NCBI GenBank assembly: GCA_902582605.1
Contig: CACHSP010000003.1
Span: forward strand, 6,876 to 70,875
Length of the DNA: 64,000 nt
DNA from: an uncultured Pelagibacteraceae bacterium
GTDB taxonomy: Bacteria; Pseudomonadota; Alphaproteobacteria; Pelagibacterales; Pelagibacteraceae
Direction: 5' to 3'
Under the pieces are notes generated by a model that saw only the letters and a list, made by a program, of their open reading frames with translations, was not told where the DNA came from and did no database searches. Positions 40,981 to 51,390 of this stretch are shown in pieces. Both the position numbers and the translations under genes were made by a program. The stretch's first letter is position 1, and each line of letters begins with the position of its first letter.

Positions 40981-42077
40981 ATCAATTCTTGTTTGGTTAT
41001 CTTAATGTTATAACCTTCTAATCCAATAACTTTTTTTGGTGTTCTAGTAATTAATATCATCTTTTTGATTTTTAAATCTTTAATAATTTGAGCACCTATA
41101 CCATAATTTCTTATAAGATTATCTTTACCTTTCTTTTTAATATTTTTATTTTTAAAACTTTTAAGCGTTTGAGTTACTGAATTTAGGTTAGAGTCTTTTA
41201 TAAAGATTAGTACACAATTATTGTATTTTCTAAAATAGTTCATTGTTTTATCAAATGAATTGGGAAGCTTCTGACTTATAAGATAGTTATAAACTACATT
41301 TGATGAAATAACTCTAACACGTGGTACGATTGATCTTTTTAAAGATCCCTTAATCAGAGCAAAGTGTTCTGATCCATCTAAAAGATTTTCATATATTTTG
41401 ATCTTATATTTTTGATTTTTTACTTTAATATCTGAAGACTTTTTTAATTTTACTAATTTTTCTTTTTTTAATCGATAAGAAATTAAATCTTCAATTTTAC
41501 CAATTTTAAGTTTATGTTTTTGTGCAAAATTTAACAGTGCTTGACCCTTAGCCATTGTTCCATCTTCATTCATTATTTCACAAATTACCGCTGAATTATT
41601 CTTTTTAGCTAACTTTGAAATATCTACAGAAGCTTCTGTGTGACCAGCTCTTACAAGAACACCCCCATCCTTTGCAATGATTGGAAACACATGGCCAGGG
41701 GATACTATATCTTTTTTACTCACATTTTTCTTAGAGGCTATTTTGATAGTTCTTGCTCTATCTTTTGCTGATATTCCAGTAGTGATACCTTTCTTAGCCT
41801 CTATTGAAATTGTAAATGCTGTTTGATTTCTTGATTGATTTACAGGTGACATTAAAGATAAATTTAATCTTTTAGCTTGAAGACTATCTAAGGCTAAACA
41901 AATAAGGCCTCTTCCATATTTAGCCATAAAGTTAATATTCTTTGCATTTGTATCCGAGGTTGACATAACTAAATCACCTTCATTTTCTCTTTTTTCATCA
42001 TCAACTAAAATGTACATACCGCCTTTTTTTGCAATATTTATTATAGTTTCTATTGATGAATAATTATTTTTTTTCAT
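40977..42077 (-). CDS. ribB: DHBP synthase fused to a degenerate GTP cyclohydrolase II domain (RibBX type)
   Basis: DDEKRENEGD, AFTISIE, RAGHTEA, CEIMNEDG; C-terminal YGIGAQI without Zn cysteines. Confidence 0.92.
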   Translation of the reverse strand: MKKNNYSSIETIINIAKKGGMYILVDDEKRENEGDLVMSTSDTNAKNINFMAKYGRGLICLALDSLQAKRLNLSLMSPVNQSRNQTAFTISIEAKKGITTGISAKDRARTIKIASKKNVSKKDIVSPGHVFPIIAKDGGVLVRAGHTEASVDISKLAKKNNSAVICEIMNEDGTMAKGQALLNFAQKHKLKIGKIEDLISYRLKKEKLVKLKKSSDIKVKNQKYKIKIYENLLDGSEHFALIKGSLKRSIVPRVRVISSNVVYNYLISQKLPNSFDKTMNYFRKYNNCVLIFIKDSNLNSVTQTLKSFKNKNIKKKGKDNLIRNYGIGAQIIKDLKIKKMILITRTPKKVIGLEGYNIKITKQELI

Positions 42078-42657
42078 AAAAATAGTTTCTAACGTATTTT
42101 GAAAGAATATCTATTTCTACGTTAACTAAATTACCTTTTTTAAGAGATGATAGATTTGTTAATTTATAAGTATGAGGAATTATCCAGATTTGAAAACCTT
42201 TTTTAGTCACTTTAGAAATTGTTAATGATATGCCATTTATACTAATTGAGGCTTTTTCGATTATATTTTTTCTCTCTTTTTTATTAATTTCAAAATCAAA
42301 TAAATAAGATTTATCAATTTTGTTCACTGATAATATTTTCCCAACAGTGTCTACATGTCCTTGGCAAATATGACCTGAAATTTTTTGACCATATTTAAGC
42401 GGGAGCTCTATATTAATTTTATCATTTAACTTTATGTACTTAAATTTCGATCTTTTTATAGTTTCATTAGATAAATAAAATTCCATAATCTTTTTTTTTA
42501 TTGAAATGAGAGTAAGACAAACCCCATCGCAAGCTACAGAAATACCTATATCTTTTAAACCTAATTTTAGATTAGATTTTACAAAAATATTAATTCCTTT
42601 AGGTCTTTTAATTATTTTTGTTATAAAACCTTTGTTAAAAATAATTCCATTAAACAT
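42064..42657 (-). CDS. ribE: Riboflavin synthase
   Basis: MFNGII, DGVCLT, GHICQGHVD, NGISLT, NVEID. Confidence 0.95.
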   Translation of the reverse strand: MFNGIIFNKGFITKIIKRPKGINIFVKSNLKLGLKDIGISVACDGVCLTLISIKKKIMEFYLSNETIKRSKFKYIKLNDKINIELPLKYGQKISGHICQGHVDTVGKILSVNKIDKSYLFDFEINKKERKNIIEKASISINGISLTISKVTKKGFQIWIIPHTYKLTNLSSLKKGNLVNVEIDILSKYVRNYFYEKK

Positions 42658-42658
42658 T

Positions 42659-43762
42659 TCAATTTTTGTAAATAGTTAATTTATCGCTAGCTAATTTAGA
42701 GTTTATCTTAAGATTATTATATTTGGTATTCAAAATGTTGAAAGAAGTAAAATTAACATGTTTAATGTTTTTAGATAAATTTTTTGAACTTCTAAACATA
42801 TAAAATTCATTAAATAATTTTTTTTGAAGGAAATTTTTTGTTAATATATCTCCGCCCTCTACTAATAGATTTCTTATTTCCATTTTATATAAATCCTTCA
42901 GAATTTTTTTTAGATCTAAATTTTTGTATTTATCTGTAGATTGTTTAATTAGAATAGCACCTCTCCTTTTTAAAAGTTTTATTTTTGAATTATCGTTAGA
43001 ATTATGGAAAATAATAGTATTTTCATTTTTTATCGATTTAGCTATATAACTTTTCAAATTTATTTCTAAATTTCTGTCTAAAATAATTCTTTTTGGGGAA
43101 AATTGATTAAAACCTTCCAACCTACAATTTAGTTTTGGATTATCTATATTTAGTGTTTTGCTAGAAATCATTATACCATCACTTTTTAATCTTAAATAAT
43201 GAGTCAATTTATCAGATGTTTTATCAGTAATTCTCTTTGATATTTTGCTGTAAATAATCTTATTCTTTGATACTGCAATTTTTCCAATTACATAGGGTAG
43301 TTTTTTTTTTCTATTAAAGAAATAAGATTTGTATAAATTTTCTGCATCTTTTCTTAAAAGCCCCTTTTTAACTTTAATTTTGTTTTTTCTTAATATTGAA
43401 TAACTCTTGCCCTTTACTTTTAAATCAATGTCATCCATTGAATAATAAACTTCTCCAATTTTATTCTTTATAATATTTTTGGTGCAGGGCGGAGTTTTCC
43501 CATAATGATTACATGGCTCTAGAGTAACATACATTTTTGAGTCCTCTAAATTTTCTGAACAATTTAAAATAGCATTATGTTCTGCATGAGGTCTGCCATT
43601 ATAGCCTGTTTGTCCTATAGATATTATTCTATCATTCTTTACAATTACACATCCAACCGAAGGATTGTTTCCTGTCAAACCTCTTCGCGCATTAGCTAAA
43701 TTTAAGGCTAATTTCATGAAATTTTTATCTTGAGCTGAGAATTTATCTTTTTTTGTAGACAT
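42659..43762 (-). CDS. ribD: Pyrimidine deaminase/reductase RibD
   Basis: NPSVGCV, HAE, TLEPCNHYGKTPPC, LLVEGG. Confidence 0.95.
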   Translation of the reverse strand: MSTKKDKFSAQDKNFMKLALNLANARRGLTGNNPSVGCVIVKNDRIISIGQTGYNGRPHAEHNAILNCSENLEDSKMYVTLEPCNHYGKTPPCTKNIIKNKIGEVYYSMDDIDLKVKGKSYSILRKNKIKVKKGLLRKDAENLYKSYFFNRKKKLPYVIGKIAVSKNKIIYSKISKRITDKTSDKLTHYLRLKSDGIMISSKTLNIDNPKLNCRLEGFNQFSPKRIILDRNLEINLKSYIAKSIKNENTIIFHNSNDNSKIKLLKRRGAILIKQSTDKYKNLDLKKILKDLYKMEIRNLLVEGGDILTKNFLQKKLFNEFYMFRSSKNLSKNIKHVNFTSFNILNTKYNNLKINSKLASDKLTIYKN

Positions 43763-44201
43763 CTAGCTTGTCCACAAATTGTACGAAATCTTGTTCTTCT
43801 CTAAAATTTCTGTATACAGATGCAAATCTAACATAAGCTACTGGATCAAGTTCCTTTAAACCTTCCATGACCATTGTTCCGATTGTATTACTTGCAATTT
43901 CATTCTGACCTAGTTCTTCTAAAGATCTTGTAATTCGACTAATAAATTTTTCGACAGTTTCCGTATCTAAAGGTCTCTTTTTTAATGCAATGTAAATTGA
44001 CTTAGCTAATTTGTCTCGATCAAAAGAAGATTTCCTTCCATTTTTTTTTACAACCATTACCTCACGATGCTGAATTCTCTCAAATGTAGTAAATCTTGCA
44101 CCACAACTACATAGTCTTCTTCTACGAATTGCAGTTCCATCTTCTGTAGGTCTGGAATCAACTACAGAAGTTTCCCCTTTTTTCTCACAAGGACAGATCA
44201 T
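43743..44201 (-). CDS. nrdR: Transcriptional repressor NrdR
   Basis: [26 protein letters not shown]. Confidence 0.96.
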   Translation of the reverse strand: MICPCEKKGETSVVDSRPTEDGTAIRRRRLCSCGARFTTFERIQHREVMVVKKNGRKSSFDRDKLAKSIYIALKKRPLDTETVEKFISRITRSLEELGQNEIASNTIGTMVMEGLKELDPVAYVRFASVYRNFREEQDFVQFVDKLDVYKKR

Positions 44202-45511
44202 TTATTCAAATTTTTATAAATTGGAAAATTAGAACATAAACTTATAACTTCTTGTTTCACTTCATTTTCCACTTTACTATTATCCTCTGGATTTTCAGAT
44301 AATCCTTTTATTACTCTAGTTATTAATTCGCCTACTTTTTCAAATTCTTTTAAACCAAATCCTCTTGTTGTAGCAGCTTGTGAACCTAGTCTTATACCAG
44401 AAGTTATCATTGGTTTTTCTGTATCAAAAGGGATACCATTTTTATTACAAGTAATATTGGCTCTACATAAACTCTCAGAAGCTATATTTCCTTTTACACC
44501 AAAAGGTCTCAAGTCAACTAACATTAAATGTGTGTCTGTGCCACCTGAGTAAATTTTAAAACCATTATTTTTTAAAGTCTCCGCTAACATTTTAGCGTTT
44601 GCTAAAACATTCTTTATGTAAGTTTGGAACTCTGGTTTTAATGCTTCAAAAAAACCTGCAGCTTTGGCAGCAATGATATGCATTAAGGGACCACCTTGAT
44701 AACCAGGAAAAACAGCTGTATCAAATTTTTTTCCAAGATCTAAATCATTTGATAAAATAATTCCACCACGTGCGCTTCTGAATACTTTATGGGTTGTAGA
44801 TGTTACAACATGTGCATAGTCACAAGGATTTGGATATCCTTTGCCGGCTACTAAACCAGAAAAATGAGCCATGTCTACCATAAGATATGCACCAACTTTA
44901 TCAGCAATTTCTCTAAATCTTTTAAAATCAATTACTCTTGAATACGCACTACCACCAGCAATAATTAATTTTGGTTTATGTTCTAGAGCAAGTTTCTCAA
45001 CATTGTCATAATCAATTAATTCAGATTTTTTATCTACGTCATAACTTATTGCATTAAACCATTTACCAGACATTGAAATTTTCAATCCGTGAGTTATGTG
45101 GCCTCCTGAATTTAAGCTCATACCCATAAAAGTGTCGTTTGGTTTTAACAAAGCCAAAAATACAGCACCATTTGCTTGAGCACCTGAATGAGGTTGAACA
45201 TTAGCATACTTACAATTGAAAAGTTTTTTTATTCTTTCAAGGGCCAGTTGTTCTGCTACATCAACATGTTCACATCCATTGTAATATCTTTTGCCAGGAT
45301 ATCCTTCTGCATATTTATTTGTTAGAACCGATCCTTGAGCTTCTAATACAGCTTGCGAAACTATATTTTCAGAAGCTATTAACTCAATGTGATTTTGTTG
45401 TCTAATTAACTCATCATTTATCGCCTTAAATAAATCTGGATCAGATTTTGAAAGACTTTTTTCAAAAAAATCTTGGTAAGAAGAATTTATATATTTTGTT
45501 TCACTTGACAT
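44198..45511 (-). CDS. glyA: Serine hydroxymethyltransferase
   Basis: [28 protein letters not shown]. Confidence 0.98.
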   Translation of the reverse strand: MSSETKYINSSYQDFFEKSLSKSDPDLFKAINDELIRQQNHIELIASENIVSQAVLEAQGSVLTNKYAEGYPGKRYYNGCEHVDVAEQLALERIKKLFNCKYANVQPHSGAQANGAVFLALLKPNDTFMGMSLNSGGHITHGLKISMSGKWFNAISYDVDKKSELIDYDNVEKLALEHKPKLIIAGGSAYSRVIDFKRFREIADKVGAYLMVDMAHFSGLVAGKGYPNPCDYAHVVTSTTHKVFRSARGGIILSNDLDLGKKFDTAVFPGYQGGPLMHIIAAKAAGFFEALKPEFQTYIKNVLANAKMLAETLKNNGFKIYSGGTDTHLMLVDLRPFGVKGNIASESLCRANITCNKNGIPFDTEKPMITSGIRLGSQAATTRGFGLKEFEKVGELITRVIKGLSENPEDNSKVENEVKQEVISLCSNFPIYKNLNK

Positions 45512-45519
45512 TTTTTTCC

Positions 45520-45945
45520 TTATATTTTTTTTACTCTTTTTTTATGTCTACCACCTTCAAATTTAGTATTAATAAAAGCTTCAATACATTTAAAGGCAGT
45601 ATTTTTTTTTGTCAATCTAGATCCTAATGTTATAATATTCGCGTTGTTATGCAATCTAGATAATTTTGTGTTTTTTATTGAATAACACATCGCAGCTCGA
45701 ATTTTTTTGTGTTTATTTGCAGCCATTGACATTCCCATACCTGAACCACAAACTAAAATACCCATATTTTTTGAGTTAACGCTGACCTTTTTACATAATT
45801 TATGAGCATAGTCCGGGTAATTTACTGAGATTTTTGAATTATCAGTCCCAAGATCATGGAAATTGTATTTTTTTAGAAACTTTTTTTTAATTTGTTCTTT
45901 CAAATTATACCCAGCGTGATCTGAAGAAATAAATATTTTTTTCAA
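45520..45945 (-). CDS. rpiB: Ribose-5-phosphate isomerase B
   Basis: [32 protein letters not shown]; likely TTG start at 45945. Confidence 0.93.
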   Translation of the reverse strand: MKKIFISSDHAGYNLKEQIKKKFLKKYNFHDLGTDNSKISVNYPDYAHKLCKKVSVNSKNMGILVCGSGMGMSMAANKHKKIRAAMCYSIKNTKLSRLHNNANIITLGSRLTKKNTAFKCIEAFINTKFEGGRHKKRVKKI

Positions 45946-45946
45946 A

Positions 45947-46537
45947 TTAGTTAAATTTGTAATCCAAGACACATGCAACTAAATGGATTCTATTTTCCTC
46001 TCCCCCATTGAATGCATTATGATATTTAGTATTATTAGTAATCCAAACAGATCCATCTGCAGGCATATGTTTTGCAACATTATCAATAACCATTATAGAG
46101 CCCGGATTAGTAATTATTGGAATATGTAGTCTTGGCTCCGGATCTCTGTGCCAACTTAAAGTTGATCTTGGCTCCTTTAATAAAATTCTTACACGTCCTA
46201 ATTTATACTTTGAGGAAAGCACATCAAACACCTCTTTAAAATAAGTATGTTTGTAATCTTCAATAAATTCAGAATAAGCAGATTCATCAATCATTTCATC
46301 TCTCATAGCTTCTTTTCCTGAAGAATCTGGTTTAGTCCAGAACACACCTCTTGCTTTATTACCTTTAATAGAGTCTGGATCACCTGGTATTTGTGTTAAT
46401 GAAATGGCACCAAAATTTGAAACACCATCAACTCCTGAAAAACCCTTGATGGTTAATAATTCTTTATAAGCATTTTGAAGTTTGTTTACATCAAACTTAA
46501 TATCTTGTTTTTGAAAATCGTTAAAATTTAAATTCAT
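45947..46537 (-). CDS. 2OG-Fe(II) oxygenase, Asp/Asn beta-hydroxylase-like domain
   Basis: WHRD...RLHIP...HNAFN...RIHL (HxD...H triad plus Arg). Confidence 0.78.
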   Translation of the reverse strand: MNLNFNDFQKQDIKFDVNKLQNAYKELLTIKGFSGVDGVSNFGAISLTQIPGDPDSIKGNKARGVFWTKPDSSGKEAMRDEMIDESAYSEFIEDYKHTYFKEVFDVLSSKYKLGRVRILLKEPRSTLSWHRDPEPRLHIPIITNPGSIMVIDNVAKHMPADGSVWITNNTKYHNAFNGGEENRIHLVACVLDYKFN

Positions 46538-46628
46538 TTGTAATATATTGTCTCCTGATGTTGTTTAATATCTTTTTTAAGATATATTTGTATATAACAT
46601 TTGTCGCATATTTTAAATAGATTTAAAC

Positions 46629-47618
46629 ATGATTACAGGAAAATTCCCAGCATTGAGACTTAGACGCAATAGAAAAACTGATTGGTCAAGAAGGTTAATT
46701 GAAGAAAATAATCTTACACCTAATGATTTTATTTTACCCATTTTTCTAATTGATGGAAAAAATAAAAAACAATCTATTAAATCAATGCCTGGTGTTTACA
46801 GGTACACAATCGATAAATTAAATAATTTAGTAGACAGAGCTATTAAAAAAGGCATACCTATGATTGCCTTGTTTCCATACACTGAAAAAAAAAAAAAAAA
46901 CGACGTAGGTACCGAGGCTCTTAACGAAAATAATCTGGTTTGTAGGGCACTACAAAGAATAAAGAATAAATATAAAAATGAGATTGGAATAATGTGTGAT
47001 GTTGCATTAGATCCATATACTTCACATGGTCATGATGGACTTTTACAAAACAAATATGTGTTAAATGACGAAACCATAAAAATTTTATTAGATCAATCTT
47101 TATTGCAAGCACAAATGGGTTGTGATGTTTTAGCACCATCTGACATGATGGATGGTCGAATTGGTGAAATTAGAAAGTACCTAGACAAACATAATTTTAA
47201 AATGACACAAATACTTTCTTATGCTGTTAAATATGCTTCAAGTTTTTATGGCCCTTTTAGAGATGCAGTTGGTTCAAAAAACTTATTAAAAGGAAATAAA
47301 AAGAATTATCAAATGGATTATAGAAATAGTGATGAAGCCTTAAGAGAGGTTGCTTTGGATATAAAAGAAGGAGCTGATATGGTTATGGTTAAACCTGGAC
47401 TACCATATCTTGATATAATTAAAAAAGTTAAAGAAAACTTTAAGATTCCAGTTATGGCATATCAAGTCTCAGGTGAATATTCTTTATTAGAACATGGAAT
47501 TAAAAATGATCTAACTGATCGAAACATTATTTTAGAAAGTCTTATTTCTTTTAAAAGAGCTGGAGCTAATGCTATTGTTAGTTATTACGCTGATAGATTA
47601 GACCAAATTATTAAATAA
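46629..47618 (+). CDS. hemB: Porphobilinogen synthase (non-Zn type)
   Basis: DVALDPYTSHGHDG, PSDMMDGR, FYGPFRDA, MVKPG, YQVSGEY. Confidence 0.97.
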   Translation: MITGKFPALRLRRNRKTDWSRRLIEENNLTPNDFILPIFLIDGKNKKQSIKSMPGVYRYTIDKLNNLVDRAIKKGIPMIALFPYTEKKKKNDVGTEALNENNLVCRALQRIKNKYKNEIGIMCDVALDPYTSHGHDGLLQNKYVLNDETIKILLDQSLLQAQMGCDVLAPSDMMDGRIGEIRKYLDKHNFKMTQILSYAVKYASSFYGPFRDAVGSKNLLKGNKKNYQMDYRNSDEALREVALDIKEGADMVMVKPGLPYLDIIKKVKENFKIPVMAYQVSGEYSLLEHGIKNDLTDRNIILESLISFKRAGANAIVSYYADRLDQIIK

Positions 47619-48299
47619 TTATTTTAAAGTATTAATAAATTGTAATCTGCTGATTGGTTGGTTTAGGTTATTTGGCTTTAAAATTGACTTTTCAAGATAA
47701 TCACTCAACAATTTAAGACCTGTTAGTAAAGATCCTATATCTTCAGTTGAGTTATTTTTATCTATTAAAAAATTAGGTATAATTCTTTTATCTGTTGATG
47801 ACTTCGATATATATTGTTTTTGATCACCAATAATTTTTTCATTAACTAAATTCTCAAAATTTAAGTCATAGCCTAGAGATTTAAATAATTCCAACTCCCA
47901 AAAGATATAATTTTTTATCCAGTCTTTAGAGTTCAATAAAACATAAAATTCTTCTAACAAAGAAAATATCTTTGCATTTTTTTGTGACTCAGCTGTAAGC
48001 AATTTAACCAGATTCATAGCTGAGGAAATACAAGTTAATTTTTGATGATTATCAAAATATAATGGAGATAAAGCCTCTTGAATCTCCACTTTAAAATAAC
48101 CCATGCTATTTTCATTTTTAGAATTATAATTTACATATAGTTTATTTCCTATTTGAAGATAGTTCTTAATTTTTTTTGAGGTGCCGCCGAAAATAATGCC
48201 ACTTATTTTACCAAAATTTTTAGTGTAAATTTCGGATATTAATGAATTTTCATTATATCTATTTTTATTTAATAAAAATCCAATGTCGTCCCAAATCAT
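47619..48299 (-). CDS. recO: DNA repair protein RecO
   Basis: MIWDDIGFLL OB-fold start, WELELFKSLGY; downstream of rnc. Confidence 0.85.
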   Translation of the reverse strand: MIWDDIGFLLNKNRYNENSLISEIYTKNFGKISGIIFGGTSKKIKNYLQIGNKLYVNYNSKNENSMGYFKVEIQEALSPLYFDNHQKLTCISSAMNLVKLLTAESQKNAKIFSLLEEFYVLLNSKDWIKNYIFWELELFKSLGYDLNFENLVNEKIIGDQKQYISKSSTDKRIIPNFLIDKNNSTEDIGSLLTGLKLLSDYLEKSILKPNNLNQPISRLQFINTLK

Positions 48300-48964
48300 A
48301 ATTTACTCTGACTTTGTAAACATTTTATAGCAGCATTCTGTTCGGCATCTTTTTTTGAACTACCTTCTGCTAAAAAAAACTTAGTATCAATTAATTTTAC
48401 ACCAACCTTAAAAAGAGGTTTATGTCTTGGTCCAGTATTTGAAATAAGTTTATAAATAGGTAATTTCTTAAATCTTTTTAAAGAGAATTCTTGTAATTTT
48501 GTTTTTGCATCTATTTGAGTAATAACACTATCTTTAATATTTTCTGACCATAGTTCTAAAATAAATTTTTCTACAGAATTAAAACCTTTATCCAGATAGA
48601 TAGATCCTATTAATGCTTCACAACAATCAGAAACAACTTTATCCTCTACTATATTTTTCTTTTTCTTAATATCTAAAGTTAAAATATATTTATCAAGGTT
48701 TATTTTTTTTGCGATTTGTAAACAGGTTTTCTTATTTACTAACGATGCAAACTTTTTGTCTAATATACCTTCTTTTTCATTGGGGTAAATTTCCAAAAGT
48801 TTTTTTGCAATTACTAATCCTAAGACACGATCTCCTAAAAATTCTAATTTTTCATTATTAATTTCTTTGTTATAGCTTTTATGAGTTAATGATCTAACTA
48901 ACAAATCTTTGTCTTTAAAATTGATCTTAATTTTTTTTTCTAAAGTTTGATAATTAATTTTCAT
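48296..48964 (-). CDS. rnc: Ribonuclease III
   Basis: NEKLEFLGD, EALIGSIYLD, dsRBD KTKLQE...SKKDAEQ. Confidence 0.97.
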   Translation of the reverse strand: MKINYQTLEKKIKINFKDKDLLVRSLTHKSYNKEINNEKLEFLGDRVLGLVIAKKLLEIYPNEKEGILDKKFASLVNKKTCLQIAKKINLDKYILTLDIKKKKNIVEDKVVSDCCEALIGSIYLDKGFNSVEKFILELWSENIKDSVITQIDAKTKLQEFSLKRFKKLPIYKLISNTGPRHKPLFKVGVKLIDTKFFLAEGSSKKDAEQNAAIKCLQSQSKL

Positions 48965-49698
48965 TATTTGATCTTTTGAAAGAATCTATCAAATCTGATT
49001 GATTTGTTCCATTTCCAAAATGAAAAAATACTTCCAATAGATCTATCTGAGGAGAAGAAAATAAATTGAGCCTTTCCTACTAAATTATCTTTATGTACAT
49101 ATCCTACGCTTGATAAATATCTACTATCCTTGGAACAATCTCTATTGTCTCCTAAATAGAAGTAGTGATCCTTTGGAACTATAAATTTATCAGAATTTTT
49201 AAAAGCATAATCTTTTAAGTAAACAGTTTTATGTTTTTTTCCATTAGGTAAAATTTCCTCAAACGTAAATACATCAATGGTTCTATTTCCACAGAATATT
49301 CTATCATTTTCTGAGATTCTTGATTTCAAAACTTCTGCATTGTTTATATACAAATTTGAATTAATAAATTGTACTTGATCTCCGGGTAAACCAATTAATC
49401 TTTTTATATAATCAGTTCTATTATCTGCAGGAGTTTTGAATACTACAACATCTCCTCTTTTTGGCTCACTGAACATTACCCTTCCAGTAAAAATAGGTGG
49501 ACTAAACGGAAATGAATGTTTGCTATAACCATATGAATATTTAGTTACAAATAATCTGTCTCCAACTAACAGATTAGGCTCCATCGATGAAGATGGTATG
49601 TAAAATGGTTGAAGAAATATCGATCGAATAAAAATAGCAATAATTAATGCATAAAATAAGGTTTTTATGTTTTCTTTAAAGAAATTTTTATCTAACAT
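48964..49698 (-). CDS. lepB: Signal peptidase I
   Basis: IPSSSMEP, YIKRLIGLPGD, GDNRDCSKDSR. Confidence 0.97.
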   Translation of the reverse strand: MLDKNFFKENIKTLFYALIIAIFIRSIFLQPFYIPSSSMEPNLLVGDRLFVTKYSYGYSKHSFPFSPPIFTGRVMFSEPKRGDVVVFKTPADNRTDYIKRLIGLPGDQVQFINSNLYINNAEVLKSRISENDRIFCGNRTIDVFTFEEILPNGKKHKTVYLKDYAFKNSDKFIVPKDHYFYLGDNRDCSKDSRYLSSVGYVHKDNLVGKAQFIFFSSDRSIGSIFSFWKWNKSIRFDRFFQKIK

Positions 49699-50084
49699 TA
49701 TCTTTTAACCAAAATTGTAAATGCTATTGAATGATCTTTTTCATCAGATAGTGAAAGAAACAAGTCATATTTCTTAATTTTGAACTTTTTTTTTATAATT
49801 TTATCAATTTTTTTTGATTTATAGAAAAAAGGTTTACCCATTTTATCATTTAAAATTTCAATATCTTTAAAACTCAAATTATCTCTTATGCCGGTGCCAA
49901 ATGATTTTGATAAAGCTTCTTTTGCTGCAAACCTTTTTGCAAAAAAGTTTGTTCTATTAATTTTATTTTTAGAAAATTTAAGTTCATTAGGTCCAAAAGT
50001 TCTTTTTATAAAGTTTTGGTTTTTAATTAAAGGCTGAATTCGTCTATTATTTACTACGTCAACTCCAATTCCTAATATTTTCAT
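49698..50084 (-). CDS. acpS: Holo-ACP synthase
   Basis: GIGVD, AKRFAAKEA, GKP, SLSD. Confidence 0.95.
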   Translation of the reverse strand: MKILGIGVDVVNNRRIQPLIKNQNFIKRTFGPNELKFSKNKINRTNFFAKRFAAKEALSKSFGTGIRDNLSFKDIEILNDKMGKPFFYKSKKIDKIIKKKFKIKKYDLFLSLSDEKDHSIAFTILVKR

Positions 50085-50089
50085 TTCTG

Positions 50090-50806
50090 TTATTTAATAA
50101 TTTTTTTAAACTTTTTTATTACTTTGGATAAACCAAAAAATACAGACTCACCGATTAAATAATGTCCTATATTAAATTCTTCTATTTCTTTAAATCTAGA
50201 TAATAGTTCGGTTGTTTTATAATCAAGTCCATGACCAGCATGAACTTCTAAACCAATTTTCTTTGCAATAATTGAACATTTTTTTATTCTGTTAAGCTCT
50301 TTGGAATAATTCTTCTTCAATTTTACTAATCTAGAAAGTCTACCTGTATGAATTTCAACACAATCAGATCCTAATTTATACGAGGTTTTGATATCATTAA
50401 TTGATGGATTTATAAATAAACTAGTTCTAATTTTTTTCTTTTTAAATTTCAAAATTATATTTTTAATTTTATTTTTATTTTTATCTAGGTCTAAACCTCC
50501 CTCTGTAGTAACTTCTTTTCGATTTTCTGGCACTAAACAAATATAATTTGGTTTTATTTTTAATGCTTTATTTGTCATTTTTGGGTTAGTTGAGATTTCC
50601 AAATTGACTAAAATCTTTTTTAAAGAACAAATTTTTTTTGCATCATTATCTTTTATATGTCTTCTATCTTCTCGAAGATGAATTGTTATTGAGTCAGCAC
50701 CTGCTTTCTTAACAAATTTAGCCGCAAATATTGGATCTGGGTGTAACTCACCCCGAGCATTTCTCAGGGTTGCTATATGATCAATATTTACTCCAAGACG
50801 TCTCAC
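50090..50806 (-). CDS. pdxJ: Pyridoxine 5'-phosphate synthase
   Basis: LGVNIDHIATLR, HLREDRRHI, TTEGG, HAGHGL, NIGH. Confidence 0.97.
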   Translation of the reverse strand: MRRLGVNIDHIATLRNARGELHPDPIFAAKFVKKAGADSITIHLREDRRHIKDNDAKKICSLKKILVNLEISTNPKMTNKALKIKPNYICLVPENRKEVTTEGGLDLDKNKNKIKNIILKFKKKKIRTSLFINPSINDIKTSYKLGSDCVEIHTGRLSRLVKLKKNYSKELNRIKKCSIIAKKIGLEVHAGHGLDYKTTELLSRFKEIEEFNIGHYLIGESVFFGLSKVIKKFKKIIK

Positions 50807-51390
50807 TTCGTGTATCTACTTCCTGGCGTTGAAATTGGAATTAATTTCAACTCGTTTGGAATGTTGTTCTTTTTATAAGTTGGAACAGAAATTTTGAGGT
50901 GTGAAACTATATTTTTTTTTATCTTTAAATTATTTTTTGATGATCTATCAATAATTGTTGCAAAACCAATTAGTTTTGCTTTTGAATTTTTAATCAATTT
51001 TACACATTCCATGCTTGATTTGCCTGTGGTTATAACATCTTCAATAATTAATACTTTTGATCCTTTTTTAATTTGAAAACCTCTTCTTAATTGAAATTTC
51101 CCTTTTACTCTTTCACAGAAAATAGTTTCTTTTTTAAGCAGTCTACCAATTTCATAACCGATTATTATACCACCCATTGCTGGTGATAAAATTAAGTCGA
51201 AGTTTTTAAATTTTTTCTTAATTTTTCCGGCTAAAGATTTACAAATTTTCTCTGCCTTATGCGGAAAACTTAATAGTTTTGCGCATTGAATATATTTTGA
51301 AGAGTGTAATCCAGAAGATAAAACAAAATGTCCCTCTAATAATGCATTAGTTTTTCTTAAAATATCTAAGGATTTTTTGTGTGAAAGCAT
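50803..51390 (-). CDS. pyrE: Orotate phosphoribosyltransferase
   Basis: GHFVLSSGLHS, IEDVITTGKS, PGSR. Confidence 0.95.
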   Translation of the reverse strand: MLSHKKSLDILRKTNALLEGHFVLSSGLHSSKYIQCAKLLSFPHKAEKICKSLAGKIKKKFKNFDLILSPAMGGIIIGYEIGRLLKKETIFCERVKGKFQLRRGFQIKKGSKVLIIEDVITTGKSSMECVKLIKNSKAKLIGFATIIDRSSKNNLKIKKNIVSHLKISVPTYKKNNIPNELKLIPISTPGSRYTK

